NCBI GenBank assembly: GCA_904063045.1
Contig: CAJFCJ010000003.1
Span: 2,094,504-2,158,503, forward strand
Length of the DNA stretch: 64,000 bases
Direction of reading: 5' to 3'
From: Dimorphilus gyrociliatus
Taxonomy: Eukaryota > Animalia > Annelida
A model generated the notes under the pieces. It was not told the origin of the DNA, did no database searches, and was given only the letters and a program-made list of their open reading frames with translations. The translations under genes and the position numbers were made by a program. Each line of letters begins with the position of its first letter. Positions within the stretch are counted from its first letter, which is position 1. Positions 24,443-41,088 of the stretch are shown here, in pieces.

Positions 24443-27400
24443 ATGGACGAAGAAGAAAACAATGGAGAACCATCAAGTTCCGATGGATGGCCCTCAACCA
24501 CTCAATACGATCAAATTATGCAAATAACCAGATCCCATTATATCTCTTCAAATCAATACGAAAATCAAGCAGGACCGTCCACTAATTTTTCGGTTTCTGA
24601 TTTGAATGTTTCCGACCAAGACTATGCAGTACAGTTCTTAATACCAAACGGAGAATCTCATATACTGGCTCCATCAACTTCTAATGTATCTTCAAGAACC
24701 TATTCCGATACTTCGGAGGCTTCTCCTTTAGTTCATTCTTTAGACAGATTGGTCAAAAGTCATGGATTAGATAGTTTTCAGAATGAGCCTGATACAACCC
24801 AAGAAGACAGTCAGGATCATTTAAGTCAAATTCAAGCAGAAAGAATTATAGCTGAAGGTAAATAATCTTAATATTCAGATATAATTAAATAGTTGTCGTT
24901 CATTAATTATTACAGCATTAGAATAAAAAAGCTAGATAGTTGTTGTTAACTAATTTTTTAAAAAAAGTGATTATATTGATGAGAGTTCAAGTCTTGGAAT
25001 TGTAGTTGAAAAATTTGCAAAAAAAAAGTAATATTTGAATCATTTTACCAGCTGCAATATCCGATTCGAATGCGGTTGTGGACAGTTCCAGTGGAGTCTT
25101 AGATTCTACTGTCAGTCAAAGCTCACCAAATATTGACGCATGTCAACCGTCGACCACGTTGGATGCGAGTATTGATACTACAATGAAAACACCTAATTCT
25201 GTTGTCCAAGCAAGAATTATTGAAAATTCAGATTTGGTAATAACTTGTCAAGATAGTGACATACAGTCGACTGAGAGGAAAGCAAAGAGAGGTGTTGGTA
25301 TGGAAGATTTCGATGGATACTTTAGGGTTATGGAGTACAACGTGAATCAATTTTGTAAGTTATTAACCTTAAAAGAAAACAAAAGCTTATAGATTTTTCT
25401 TTCAGGGTGTCAAGACTGCAGCAAATATTATGACGAAGAATGTCTTATACATAATATACTCTCAGTTCCTGATAAACCTGTCGATTCGAAAGCTCGTGCC
25501 ACTTGTCCTGCCCAATTATGTATTGGAAAAATCGATGGTCAAGAAGGCGTTGGTCTGTTTGCTAAAAAGAAAATTTTGAAAAGAACAAGATTTGGACCAT
25601 TTGAAGCAGAATATGAAAGAGAATCTGATGGGCAAGGCTTTATTCTTCCTGTAAGTTGAACGTGACGAATCTTAATATAAGCACGTTTTAGAGTAGACAT
25701 TTCTATATTTCTCGTGCCCTTTCTTAATCTCGTGGAAAAAATAACTAAGCTGACGTTTACGCACACAACAATCCTGTAACTTCCTCGTGTATGAGCCCAA
25801 AATATAGCTTGAGGGGGCGCCATACATCTCAGATTGGCTAATTCTATTCTGTTTCAGATTGAAGATAGCGAAACAAAAAATATTGTCTACATTCAGGCAA
25901 CAGATGAATCGATCTGCAACTGGATGATGTTCGTGAGGCCAGCAACTGATCACAGGCATCAAAATTTAATGGCTTACCAACACGGGGGCCATATTTACTA
26001 CAACGCTTTAAGAGATATTGATGTCAGAGAAGAGCTTAGAGTACGTGCCCACTTTCTTTATTTTCTTGTAGTTGACACGCTGAAATTGATTAAGCTGGCA
26101 GTTAATTTTATTAAGATTTCCAGCCACTGACAGAGCAGGCTGGCTTAGAAATGGAAGAACTGCAATATTATTTGATCCTTTGCTTTGATATTCCTGTTGA
26201 AATATGAAAGATAATTGATGATGTTTTGCAGGTTTGGTATGCACCGCCGTATGCGGCAAGATGGGATTTTGAGTTGTTGAAAGTTGATCATGAAGGAATC
26301 GGTTTGTAAAATGTTGATTAGAAATATGTTATTTAATTGATTTTAATTTCATTCTTCGATAAACAGCCGAATCGGACAAAAAATACAAATGTTTTGAATG
26401 TTCGGCAAGTTTTGAGACACCATCAAAGTTTGAAGCTCATTTAAGTCAGCACGAAGCGGGTATGTTTGTCTGTCTCTTCTTCTATATCTTAGCACTAAAG
26501 AATTTCTTTATCCAGAAGAAGAAAGGGAAGAAGCACGACTGAAAGTATCTTTGAAAGGCAAAAGAGGACGTAATAAGGATAATGATTACATACAAGCCAA
26601 TTTGAAAAAGCGCAAAAGTTCTATCTACTTGAATAGGTAGTTTTTAAATAAAAGTCTCTTTGTGTGTTTCATTAACCACTTTTTAGATTATCGAGGGATT
26701 CTGTTAAACGATCTTTAAGGAGAGTACAACAACGAAGAGTGTCATGTAGTGTCTGCAATATGGCTTTCGATGATACTAGAATTCTAAGTATACATGCAAC
26801 TTCACACGAAGAACATCCTGTTGAGTCAATAGACTATGGTAACTATCAATATTCTATTTTAGAATCGTCTTTGACGTCTCTTTTTCCGAAACAGAAAATT
26901 TAACGTGCCCAGTTTGTAACAAGACTTTCGTGTCGCATGGAGAATTAGTAGAGCATACCACAAGTCACGCTCGGGTTAGACTGTCAATGAAGAAAGCACG
27001 TTTTAAGCCGTTTACGTGTTCAACTTGTCTTAAAGTAAGTCTAAAGCTATCCAGTATTATTCTTTTATCTAAAATTTAATCTATTTTCATAAAATTGATG
27101 CTATTTTGACAATTGATTTTTAAATTTAGAAATTTACAACTCATGAACGGCTAGAGGCCCACAGAAAAGTTCATACTGGAGGTGATGAAGTCAGACCATT
27201 AACTTGTAGTGTCTGTAAAAGAAAGTTAATGAATAACTCTGCTTTGGCATGTCATATGAAGACACATTCTAGCGATAAATTTTTTGATTGCCCAATTTGT
27301 GACGAAAAATTTGATCAAGTTCATAACTTAAAAGTACATGTCAAAGGCCATTCGGTGAATGGATGCTATTTTTGTCCAAAATGTCCTAAAAAATTTACCG

Positions 27401-28630
27401 AATATGTACACATCAGAAAACACATGAAAGCCGTACACGGTGATAAATGTTTCCAGTGCAGTCAATGTCCAAAGTAAGTTACTCATTTCGCAGAAATTAA
27501 AGAGATTAAATTTAAAGATTTTTTTCAATAAATTCCTCGTGGATTCTTTCCCTATAGAATATACAGCCTAAGAATCTAATGGAAAATAATTCTTACTAAC
27601 TTTTTAATTTCATTAATTTTTCAGATCCTTTCCGAGAGCGGATAAACTGCGTTTGCACATGCTAGTTCATTCGGATAAAAAAGAGTTCATGTGCGATCAA
27701 TGCGGTCGGCAATTTAAAAGAAAAGATAAACTAAAAGATCATACAGCCCGAATACATAATGCTGACCGTAAACCTCGTCACCGTATTGGTACAAGTCAAA
27801 GACGATCTAATCAACAAGATGATGATAGTGAGCTACAGTCCTGTCGCGCAAATAAGGTTCCTCCGACTGAGTATCAACGTTACGTATACAAGTGTGAAAC
27901 TTGTATGCTGGGATTTAAGCGTAGAGGAATGTTGGTTAATCATTTGGCCAAGCGTCACCCCCAAATGTCAATTGAAGAAGTTCCCGAGTTGACCTATCCG
28001 ATTTTGAAGACACAGAGGGATTATTATTGTCAGTATTGTGATAAAACATATAAAAGCAGCTCTAAGAGAAAGGCGCATATTCTAAAACATCACCCTGGTC
28101 AGGAATTACCGCCTTCAGGCAGACATAGTACAATGGATGAGGGAGATAATACATTTAGCACGCCAGTTGGAAATATGACTGTCACTCCCCACGCATGCAA
28201 TATGTGCCATAAGCAATATGCTAGTAGAGCAAAATTATTTCAACATCAAAGAAAAGACCATCCACAACATAATTTGGCCCCACCGTTACTTAAAAAGAAA
28301 GCCACAAAATTACCCACTGATAATCAAACTCAATTAGTCGGACAGATATTGGTACAGGATGGTACTGGTGGAGCTGGTCATACTCTCCTTGTGCCTCAGC
28401 ATCAATTTGTCTTTCAAAATGATCAGGGTACTAGTGATCAACTGCAATTGATAACCTTCAATGGAAATGACCTGCTGCAGCAAGCTGTTTGTGAGGCTAT
28501 CTCTCCAGATCAGCGTCTAAACGTTTTACAGCTACAGCAATTTGGAAATGAAAACACCATAACATTGAAGAGTGGAAATGAAGGTACCTCTACTCTGACC
28601 CATTTCGAATCGCAAGAAGACAATTTGTAA
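24443..28630 (+). CDS. PRDM10: PR/SET domain zinc-finger protein 10
   Basis: Zinc knuckle WCQDC..CLIH; PR domain KRTRFGP and CNWMMFVRPA..QNL.AYQ..ELRVWYA; C2H2 array with PRDM10 signatures GFKRRGMLVNHLAKRHP, EEVPELTYPI and YCQYCDKTYKSSSKRKAHILK. Confidence 0.93.
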
Positions 28631-29274
28631 TACTTTACCATGAAATTACTCTTGAGCTTTATTTATTAAAGAAGTCATTTTAATGAACATGCAAATTGTT
28701 ACAGAATTCTGCAGTCTATATTGTTAAAATTCGATCGGTAAAATATTTGTAATAGTAAAAAATTAAGTGAAATATCTACTTTAGGCAGAAAATAAAATGT
28801 TTAATCGCGCACAATAACAAATAATTATTTATTATTTGCGTTTACTATTCTATTAATTCGTTATTGTGTAGAAAAAAACAATTTTATTGAGGAATGACAA
28901 TTTTGTGATAAAATCAAATCATGAACATTTAAATCATTCTGCAGTTGAACGGCTAAAATGATGCGACGACACGAAGTTCAGTGGACACCAACAACCTGCA
29001 TAGTGATATTTAGTTATAATCTGCAACTTTCCATACGTAACAATCGATTAGACGGCGGATATAGTTCCTTCAAGTGTATCAACCATTTCTTACTCGAGTG
29101 TTTTTGTACACATTTTTGCCTTTTTTAGTGGTGATTTTCTATGGTGAGCATAAATACAACATAAGCGCGTGTAACATTCTTCCCACCACTAAAAGCATCA
29201 CAGTTGTACATTTTTTCTTACTAAGGATTTGAATGAGCAAAAGATAGAGCAAGTCAGCAGTTAACCCACATTAT

Positions 29275-32689
<3,415 letters not shown>

Positions 32690-33062
32690 TGAACTGAAAA
32701 TTGGGACATTGGGTCAGCGGTAATTAAAGTCAAAGGTTTCTAATAAATACTTACTTCGCAATTACCTAATCTTCTCACAGTGTTGTATTCACAGAAATAT
32801 GAATCGGCTTATTATGGCATATGATTCAGACTCTATTGCATAAACATGCTTTCACCAAAACAAACAGTCTGACAGGAGAAGACAAATAGCTTTGTTCGAT
32901 TTTCCTTCCGATTCTTCTACTCACTCTTTCAAATATGTTATATTCTTCAGTTAAAATTATTAATTAAATTAGAAGCCGTGTCAAACAGCCTTATTCACGA
33001 TAGAAGCGCTTCTGCGAACATTTCTCCGTTCTTATTAATCTCCCATCTACCATTGCATTCAA

Positions 33063-33090
33063 TGACGTCACTTCCCGCTCTTCCCGCGCC
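33063..33090. promoter_or_regulatory. Composite promoter element upstream of STK38: CRE (TGACGTCA) overlapping an ETS-like CACTTCC, followed by E2F-like TTCCCGCGCC
   Basis: aatgacgtcacttcccgctcttcccgcgcc, a GC-rich island ~370 nt upstream of the STK38 ATG. Function is inferred from motif match only. Confidence 0.45.
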
Positions 33091-33909
33091 ATTTCTTGTA
33101 TTGGCTATATTATATGATCGAAAAATGACGGAGAGATACAATATTCAAAAATGAAAATGTAGTCTATTTATATACAATGCAACTGTCGATAGATTTTCAA
33201 TGGGGTGACACTCTACAAGGTTAACGGCCGGTCAAAAGTCATGTGATTCAAACTTCTGATTTTTCATAAATATGTGCAATAGATGGCGTTTGAAATTATT
33301 ATGTATTTTCCGAATTGTCACATGCATAAATGACGTCATAAAGATTTATGTATATATTCTATAGAAAAATAGAAGTCTACAGTATACGGGGTAAACCTGT
33401 CTCATTTGATAAAGGGTGATTATTGGAAGAGCATATCCATTGCACTCTGAATTTTCACAAGATAGGTCAATCCTATATATTTAATATCAGATAATATAAT
33501 GGATTTAAAGTATCATCTTTTTTCATTTACTATCAGTTAAATCACTTTTATCGTGATCAGAAATATGTGAATCAAATCAGTTATTAAATATTTGTTTATA
33601 TATATATATATCTATATATATATAGTATAAATGTACAGCCTATTTAGAATATGAAATTTGTTTGCATTGCATGTTCGCCTTACTTCTCAGAGTAGTAAAT
33701 AGGACAGCAGATTTAATGAAAAACTACTAGGTGCAAAGAGAGAAATGCCTCTAGAGAGATAATTATTCATACTGTAAAAGACTAAGCTGCAATATAGGGA
33801 GTTTAAAACACCAACTTTGTTTTGTTTATTTAAAAAAAAATCTTAGTTTTTAAATTAACTACGAATAAAGGAGTTTAAAAATATTAAATGAAACATTGTG
33901 TCGAAAAAC

Positions 33910-35822
33910 TTAGTTTATTTCAATAAAATCCAATAAATACTTCTTTACTTCAAAATCGATTGATCTGAAAAATTTCAAAACATAAAAGTTTGTAAAATCA
34001 CTACAAAGAGTACACTCACTTGGAAATCCCTTCTAGAAAACTTAAATTAACTAAGCACTTATACCTGGGATTGTCGATGCAGTCGCTTGCATTAGTCTGA
34101 CATAGCAAACCCATAGAAACTAAAGACGTAATCTGTAGAAATGTATGAAATAAAGGATATGGATTTTAAAACGTTCCAATACCTACTTGATTAAATATGC
34201 TTGTATTTAGATTTATAGATTCTAAATTTTCTTCCACGATAAAAGTAAATATATCAAGTAACCTATTAAGCGTAAATGTTTTCGGGCCAAGAAGCCATGT
34301 ACTGTTCTATTTAAAGAAGAATTTGTAAATAATGGGGGCAAGCAAAGTTCTAGATACGTACCCTTTCGTTTTTTTTCTTTTCCCCTACCAGTTGTCTTTT
34401 TTTGCTTATCTTTGCAGATTTCTATTAACGAATGTTATTGATTTATTGTACAGTTTTGCTAAGCTATCAATCAAAAACTACTCAAAACGCAATATTGTAT
34501 AAAAGAGCTTTTAAATAATTGTAACCTTTTGAAAGAGTCTTCCATCAGTTTTCGCTGAATTATGAGAGGCTATGAAAGCTGCAATAAGTAAATATTTTGA
34601 GAAGAGAGGCAGTTCTGCGTTTACTCTCGAGCTTGATTGTTTACTAGATTGAATTTTCACTTCCTTCCCTTCGGCTAAGCAATGTTCTTGCAGACGTTGC
34701 CACTTTGAACTGTTGGAGGAAGTGTATAAATATCATCAACATATAAATGGAAAATTTATGTCAGCCATTGTATTGCTATAGAGTTATTATATTTATGTGA
34801 ATCTACCAGAATCTTTCTCTAACTATGTGCCCATACAAACCTTGAAATTTCTCTTAAGTACAGAGTTCTAAGGGCCTCTTTTAAATGACCTTGAACATTT
34901 TTCCACAATTTTCCAACCTGATTTTCAGTTGCTTCCCCATCTAAGATCGGTTGATAAAATTTAGGAAAGTTTAAAACAGCTTGGTGTCGCAATTCCATCA
35001 AATTATTGCAAGCTTTGTGAAAAATGTTAAACAAAAGAGAGCAATAAGTTTTGTAGAGAGCCGGGCTGCATTTATCTGGAACATCCTCAGTCATTATAGC
35101 TAATAATTCGAATTTAGTATAGATAGGAAATCGTATCAGAATAGGACGTGGAAGCCCCAGATCAGTTTGGAATTCTTGCCAGAGTTTTTGGGTAACAAAA
35201 ACGCAACTAATATTACATTCTGCCTAAAAAAGAGAGACAGAAAGATTGAGGTTTTGTTACTCATGTTCTTTTTTTTAAAATAACTTACTAATTCTCTAAG
35301 TTTTATAAAATTTAATAAAACCCTAGGTTCAAGACTTCTTAGACGATCAGCCTTGTCAAAGACAAAATATATAGCTTCTTCTTTGTCGCTTAACGAGGTC
35401 TGAAGTTTATGAATAAATTCATTTTCATTTTTGACAGATACTTTCTCAGTGTCGGTTAATGTTGAAATGATAAATTCGTATATTAATCGGGAATTATACA
35501 GCTCGATACAGTTTATAAGCAAACGACGTATCTAATGAATAAAACAGTTATTTACAATTATGTTATGCGTATTGTTTTCATCAACAAATTCTTACTTTAT
35601 AATGATTAAAGAATTTATCTAGTGTATATGTTTTTCCTGAGCCAGGGGATCCGAAAATAAATACGTTAGAGCAGCAAGCTATATCTCTCTGCATTTAATA
35701 AAAGCACAAATTAAGTTCATGTGGCAAATTTATTAAATACTAACCCTTAGTAAACTTTTCAGAGTTTTAATCTGCGGTTCGCGTCCACATACTGTCAGAT
35801 CTTCGGATAAATGTTTATCCAT
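33910..35822 (-). CDS. ORC5: Origin recognition complex subunit 5
   Basis: GREPQIKTL; Walker A FIFGSPGSGKT; FVFDKADRLR; KLPLLSKYLLIAAFIAS; C-terminal ITSLVSMGLL..DNPRYKC..DFEVKKYLLDF. Confidence 0.93.
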
Positions 35823-36255
35823 GAGTGATAATATAAATATGTTATTAATAAGTTCTTGAAATCGGTTTGTTCTTCAGAATATATCTTCAAGTTTGAAATA
35901 TAGCTTTTTAAAAAGTATGTGGCTTTTTATTTATGGTTTTTATAGACAGAATATTTGATGAAAGAAAAAAAGTAGCGTTTGGCGCTTTCAGTATGTCGAT
36001 AAAAACTGGTAAACCAGTTTATGTTTTACATTTAAATAGGAGGGAGTTTTTGCCTAAACTGTCAACACGAAATCGAAAATATCACTCCTATAAAATAGTA
36101 CCAAAAATTTATTAATGAAACTTAACTAGAAAATTAAGAAAACATAAAAACATATAATACAAGTTTGAAAAGTGTAGATCTAGATTGATCTTAATCTTAG
36201 GCAAAATACACTGCTGATTTGGAACAAACGTTTTTAAATGTTAGCTAATAAAAAA

Positions 36256-37253
36256 TTAACTTTTCCTAGTAATTGGCAAAAGCTCATATGTAATCATATA
36301 AGTTGCTTTCATAAGGATGATAGTGGGAGAGGGCCTAACAGTAAGGCCATCTAAAGGCTGAAAGTTTGTAGACTCTTCATATTGTTCATGTTCGGTTTCT
36401 TTAATTAAAACTGGCTGTCCCAATTGGCAATTCAGCAATTTAGCAATTTCACTAGCCTTTTGAGTTGTATTTTGTACAGCCTTTAAACCCAATTGAGTTC
36501 TCGACGATTGTAGTTTAGCTGGACTGTGATAAAATGTTGGAGCAGACAGTTTAATGGAATCGCCTAATTTTTCTACAAGAAAGTTGCAAGCTTCGCTCTA
36601 GGAATTGGAAAAATACATTTATGTTTTGTTTTTGTTTTTGCTTGAAATCAGCTTCTTTTTGATAGGAATAGCCTTTTATTCATCAAGCAATTATGTAAAT
36701 TAATGATCTATTTTTTATTTAAATAAATGGAAAACTATAAAACGAACCTGTTTTGACATGTCGCTAAAGTCCGCGTTAACCTGAACTGTATAGGCAAAAA
36801 AGCTTTCTTGTTTTTCCAAATGTTTACTAACAGTTATGTCAGTTTCCTGTACAAACGGAAATAATTTAGAGTGCATACTTTCAAACAATCAAGGCTTTGC
36901 ATAGAGTTTAATTATTTAAAAACAGTATAAGTGGAAAGTTTAATAAAAAAACTTACTTTTACGTTATGATTTTTTAAAGTTTGTAACAGGTAATCTAATC
37001 TCCGATTAACACTATTTTTTGATTCTGCAGCAGAATTCTTGGAACTAAATAAATAGAACATTACTCTAGCTCTATCGGTATTGACGCGGAATTCAGCACT
37101 ACTCGAAACTTGAATCTCTCGCTTGTAACCAGATTTAACTTTGGAGATTTCATCTTCTAATTGCTTCATTGTGCATAACTCTTGAGCTTTTGTTGCAGGT
37201 CGATTGTCATTGGATAATTCTGCAAACATATGAGCTGGTCTAAACCCAGACAT
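36256..37253 (-). CDS. IRAK1BP1: IRAK1-binding protein 1 (SIMPL domain)
   Basis: REIQVSSSAE..DRARV..SKNSVNRRLDY, CNFLVEKLGDSIKLSAPTFYHSP and LGQPVLIKE match human REVQVSGTSE..DRAQV..KKSVCRRLDY, CNFLVEKLDSS and LGKPLLIKE. Three exons. Confidence 0.9.
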
Positions 37254-37502
37254 AGTAAATTAGGTTTTCGTAACTCTGATTAGTGGTAGAGCGAGACAAC
37301 AATTTACTTGAGCAACAGAAGGCATATAAAGTCTCGAGCCTTTCATAAAAACTATTACTCTTATGAATGAGAAACTTGAGACTAATTAGTTTGAGTATTA
37401 TATCTGCATGGTTTATATTTTCGTCTCTTGACAATTATGTAAACAATGTTAAAAGTGATAGATTTGAGGATAAATGAAAGGTTTTTTTAAATCATCTTAA
37501 AT

Positions 37503-39145
37503 ATGTCAACAAAAAGAGTCCAAAGTGCTGGTTTATTTAGAAGTCCGTCCAATCATATTTCTTACTTAAATAGCGAAATATGTCGTCTTGAAGAGGAGGC
37601 GGCCCAATATAAAGCAGAGAATCAACGAACGAATGATAAATTGAATTGTTTGATTTCACTTGTTAAGAAGTAAGTTTTGAAGACATTTTATCTTATTCAA
37701 TAAAGGTCAACAGTTTAGGTGACTTTGTTTTTTAAAAATAGCGCATGGAATGGGGATCGAGCCGCCTCCATACATGTCGCAAAGATCGTGGGTAAATATT
37801 TGAAATATTACTGTTTGTTGACTTGAGTTTTATTAAAAAAATTTTAATTTCGAATAAAGGAGCAGCTCCACCAGAAATTGATGTTGAAACGACCGAAAAC
37901 AATACAATTGTTTTAACGGCCAAGCCCAAGGTTATTATATTGGCTATTTGTCTTTCAATTTTAACTTTACATTTACTGTTTTTAGCCAAAGGCGTTAAAT
38001 AATTGGGCATTGTTAACAATTGGCTTATTAAATCGTGAATATAAGAAGATTGAAATGAGCATTGCTAAAGAACAAAATCTAAGATTGGAACAACGACGAC
38101 TGTACTTAGAGGAACAATTAATTGAGAATCGACACTCCAAGATGGCAATTGTACCGCCAAATTCACCAAGAACAGGAAAGCGTGATGAACAGCAAAAGAC
38201 CACTGCTATACTGCAAAATCACGAGAAAACTTTCACTAAAAGACATAGAGCAGGAAGTGCTCCAGTTACAAGACCAAGGCAAATTAGAGTTAATCGACCT
38301 GCTTCCGCCCAAAAACATTTGAACGTTCAACCTGTCTACGTAGCAGATTTAATTGTTCGTCCTACAACTAATCATAGAGTTGATGAGGTAACAAGCTAGT
38401 TTTTACTAAATTCTCATTTTTTTCTAAAATATAATAATTAAAATAGGCCTTTCAAGCTGTGCATGATTTAACAAAATGTGTGCAAAAGAAACGAATTATA
38501 CCTCAAAATGTTAGAAGATTCTCTGCTGGAAGCGAATCCGAAGTTAACGAAAAGATATGGACAAATCCAAGTCGATATAAAGGAAATTCAGTAATATTAT
38601 TCTATTGTATTAGAGAATGAATAGTTATAAAAATGGATTTTCCTTCTTCAGACAAACGCTTATAATAGCGAAAGCTTATTAAAAGATATCGATGGAAGTT
38701 CAAAACCTCCTAAACGTCCTGTCAGTTCTAAACAAATGCTCGAAAATGACAAAAGACGATCAAGGCCTAAAAGTTGTAAGTTTTTAATTGGTTAACTTTA
38801 GTAGACATCTGATATTAAGCTATATCTATCATCAATTTACTAGCAAAGCCATCAAATGGTAGAGTAATTAAATTCGCCGACGAAAGCAATTCAAATGATG
38901 CATCTTCAAATGATAACTTAAACGGAAGAAATGAAGAAAAGGTGCAGTTAGAAGATATTGAAACAAACTCAGAAATTGAGAGAGAACTGAACGTCAACAA
39001 GATGTCAGTTACAGTAAGAAAAACAGATATGAACGATTTTGTTGATGAATTGAAAAATATGGAAAAAATGGAAGAAGAATTGAAAAAAAGTACATATGCT
39101 CTTCAGAAAAAACTTGGAATTATGACAGAAGGAATGATTCTCTGA
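37503..39145 (+). CDS. Uncharacterised coiled-coil protein, about 7 exons
   Basis: Phase-consistent exons 37503-37669, 37742-~37791, ~37860-37931, ~37986-38388, ~38447-38591, ~38651-38775 and 38844-39145, separated by short GT-AG introns. N- and C-terminal coiled coils. No family recognised. Confidence 0.75.
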
Positions 39146-39449
39146 TATATAGATAGTTTTTACTCCTTATGTTTATATATTTAAGGAAAATAATTATACA
39201 TTTATAATGTTTTTTTACATAAAAATATACATATTTTTAAACGTTCATTTCTGTAAAAAGATATTATTTCTATTTGTTGAAATAGTAAAAATAATAAGAT
39301 TAGTGTAAAAATGAAAAGTTATCTCAACAGGTTTCAAAGTTTAAATATATTTTATCATGTCTTGCAACGAGTTGTGAAATTGATTACTATATTATCGCTA
39401 TAGTCGGTATACATTCTTCATTCTTTCAAGTTTATGTTAGCTAAGCAGA

Positions 39450-41009
39450 ATGCTTAAACAAGATATTCGAACGTATGGTGTATGTATAGGTGTAATAACA
39501 GGGTCTATAACTCTTGGTGTTTATGCGTATAAGAGGCTATTTAGTCGATTGCCTCCTGGACCTTTTACAATACCTTTTTTTGGGAGTCCAGCAAGAAAAA
39601 ATGAACTAGTATATGAAACGAATAAACGCTTAGCAGAAAAATATGGCGTAATTTTCTCATATTGGTCTGGTACACAGTAAGTTATTCTTTATTTCATGTG
39701 CTAAAATAATACATAAATGACAAAATCATTTATTAATCAATAGATTAAAGATATTCTTAAATGATTATAATTTAATAAAAGAAGCTTTTGTAAATCGTGG
39801 AGATGAATTTAGTCAAGCACCTCCAGAGAATATGAGTTATTTTCTCAAGTTTCATGATCGTACGTTGTTGATCTTTAACAAATTAACTGATTTATTGATG
39901 TGTAAACATTCTCTGATTCAAAAGGTTTTATAACGGTTGATTATAATGAAGACGTGAGAATTCTCAAGCGAGGGATTTTACAAGCTTTTCGGGGGCTCTT
40001 TGGTTCGGGAAAAACTCTTCTGGAAGACAGAATTCGGTTTGAACTATTTCATAAATTCTACAACATCAAAGATGATACTCCTATTGACGTTGGAGAATTT
40101 TTCAAGGCCCTAAGCGTTAACGTTACGTGTTCAATGTATTTTGGCAAAAGATTTGAATACGATAGTAAAGAGATGGATGAGCTCTTTAAGTTATCTCAAA
40201 ATTACTTTAAATGGTTTTTTGTGGAATTAACTTTAAATTTCACAAATATGCCACTACCCTTTTTTTTAAAGAAGATAATTTATCGTAAAGCGATTCAAAA
40301 ATCTAAAGATGCCATAGAAGGTATGAGGCAATGGGTTCGTTCGATGATGGAAGATCATGATGATACTGAAGATGACTTAGTTTCTGCCTACAAGAAATTA
40401 GTACCAGAAGCCAAGATTGAGGAAATAATTGATACAATAATGTTTTTACTTAGTGATCCTTTAGACGTGGTGCCTGGCGTTCTTTCTGGTTTATTTCATC
40501 TTGTTGCAATGCATCCAGAAAAACAACAGAAAATGTTCGAGGAAATATCGAATTCACAATCGTCGTTCTTAGATCAATCAAAATTACCTTACGTTAGGGC
40601 TTTTATTATTGAAACATTGAGATACGCTAATTTTGTTTCAAACTCTGCTGCTCATAGAGTGATCAAGGAAACGACACTACAAGGTTATAGAATACCAAAG
40701 GATGCTGATATTTATGCTAACTTTTATGCCGTTCATATGAATGAGGAAACTATGAAGGATTGCTTCATTTTCCGACCTGAAAGGCATTTGGAAGATAATC
40801 ACAATATTATTACTTTTGGTATTGGGCGAAAGTCTTGCCTTGGTGAGCAGTGGGTAAGATCCCAGATGTATTTGACATTGGTCATTACACTACAAAAGTA
40901 TCGCTTAGAACCTACTCCAGGATTTAATAAATTAAAATATCAAAGCGACGTATTTCACTTGCCAGAAAAAGTTGAGTTACTATTCATCGACAGAAACAAA
41001 AGTGACTAG
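39450..41009 (+). CDS. Cytochrome P450 (CYP2-clan-like, atypical), 475 aa
   Basis: Exons 39450-39676, 39744-39859 and 39925-41009 total 1428 nt. N-terminal TM followed by LPPGP, K-helix ETLR, FRPERH, and heme motif FGIGRKSCLG. Confidence 0.93.
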
Positions 41010-41088
41010 AGCATAAATTAGTCTTTCCTTTCAAATGATTTTCTGTAAACGAAACAATATAAATAAACGAAACATTATCTTGAGTTGG

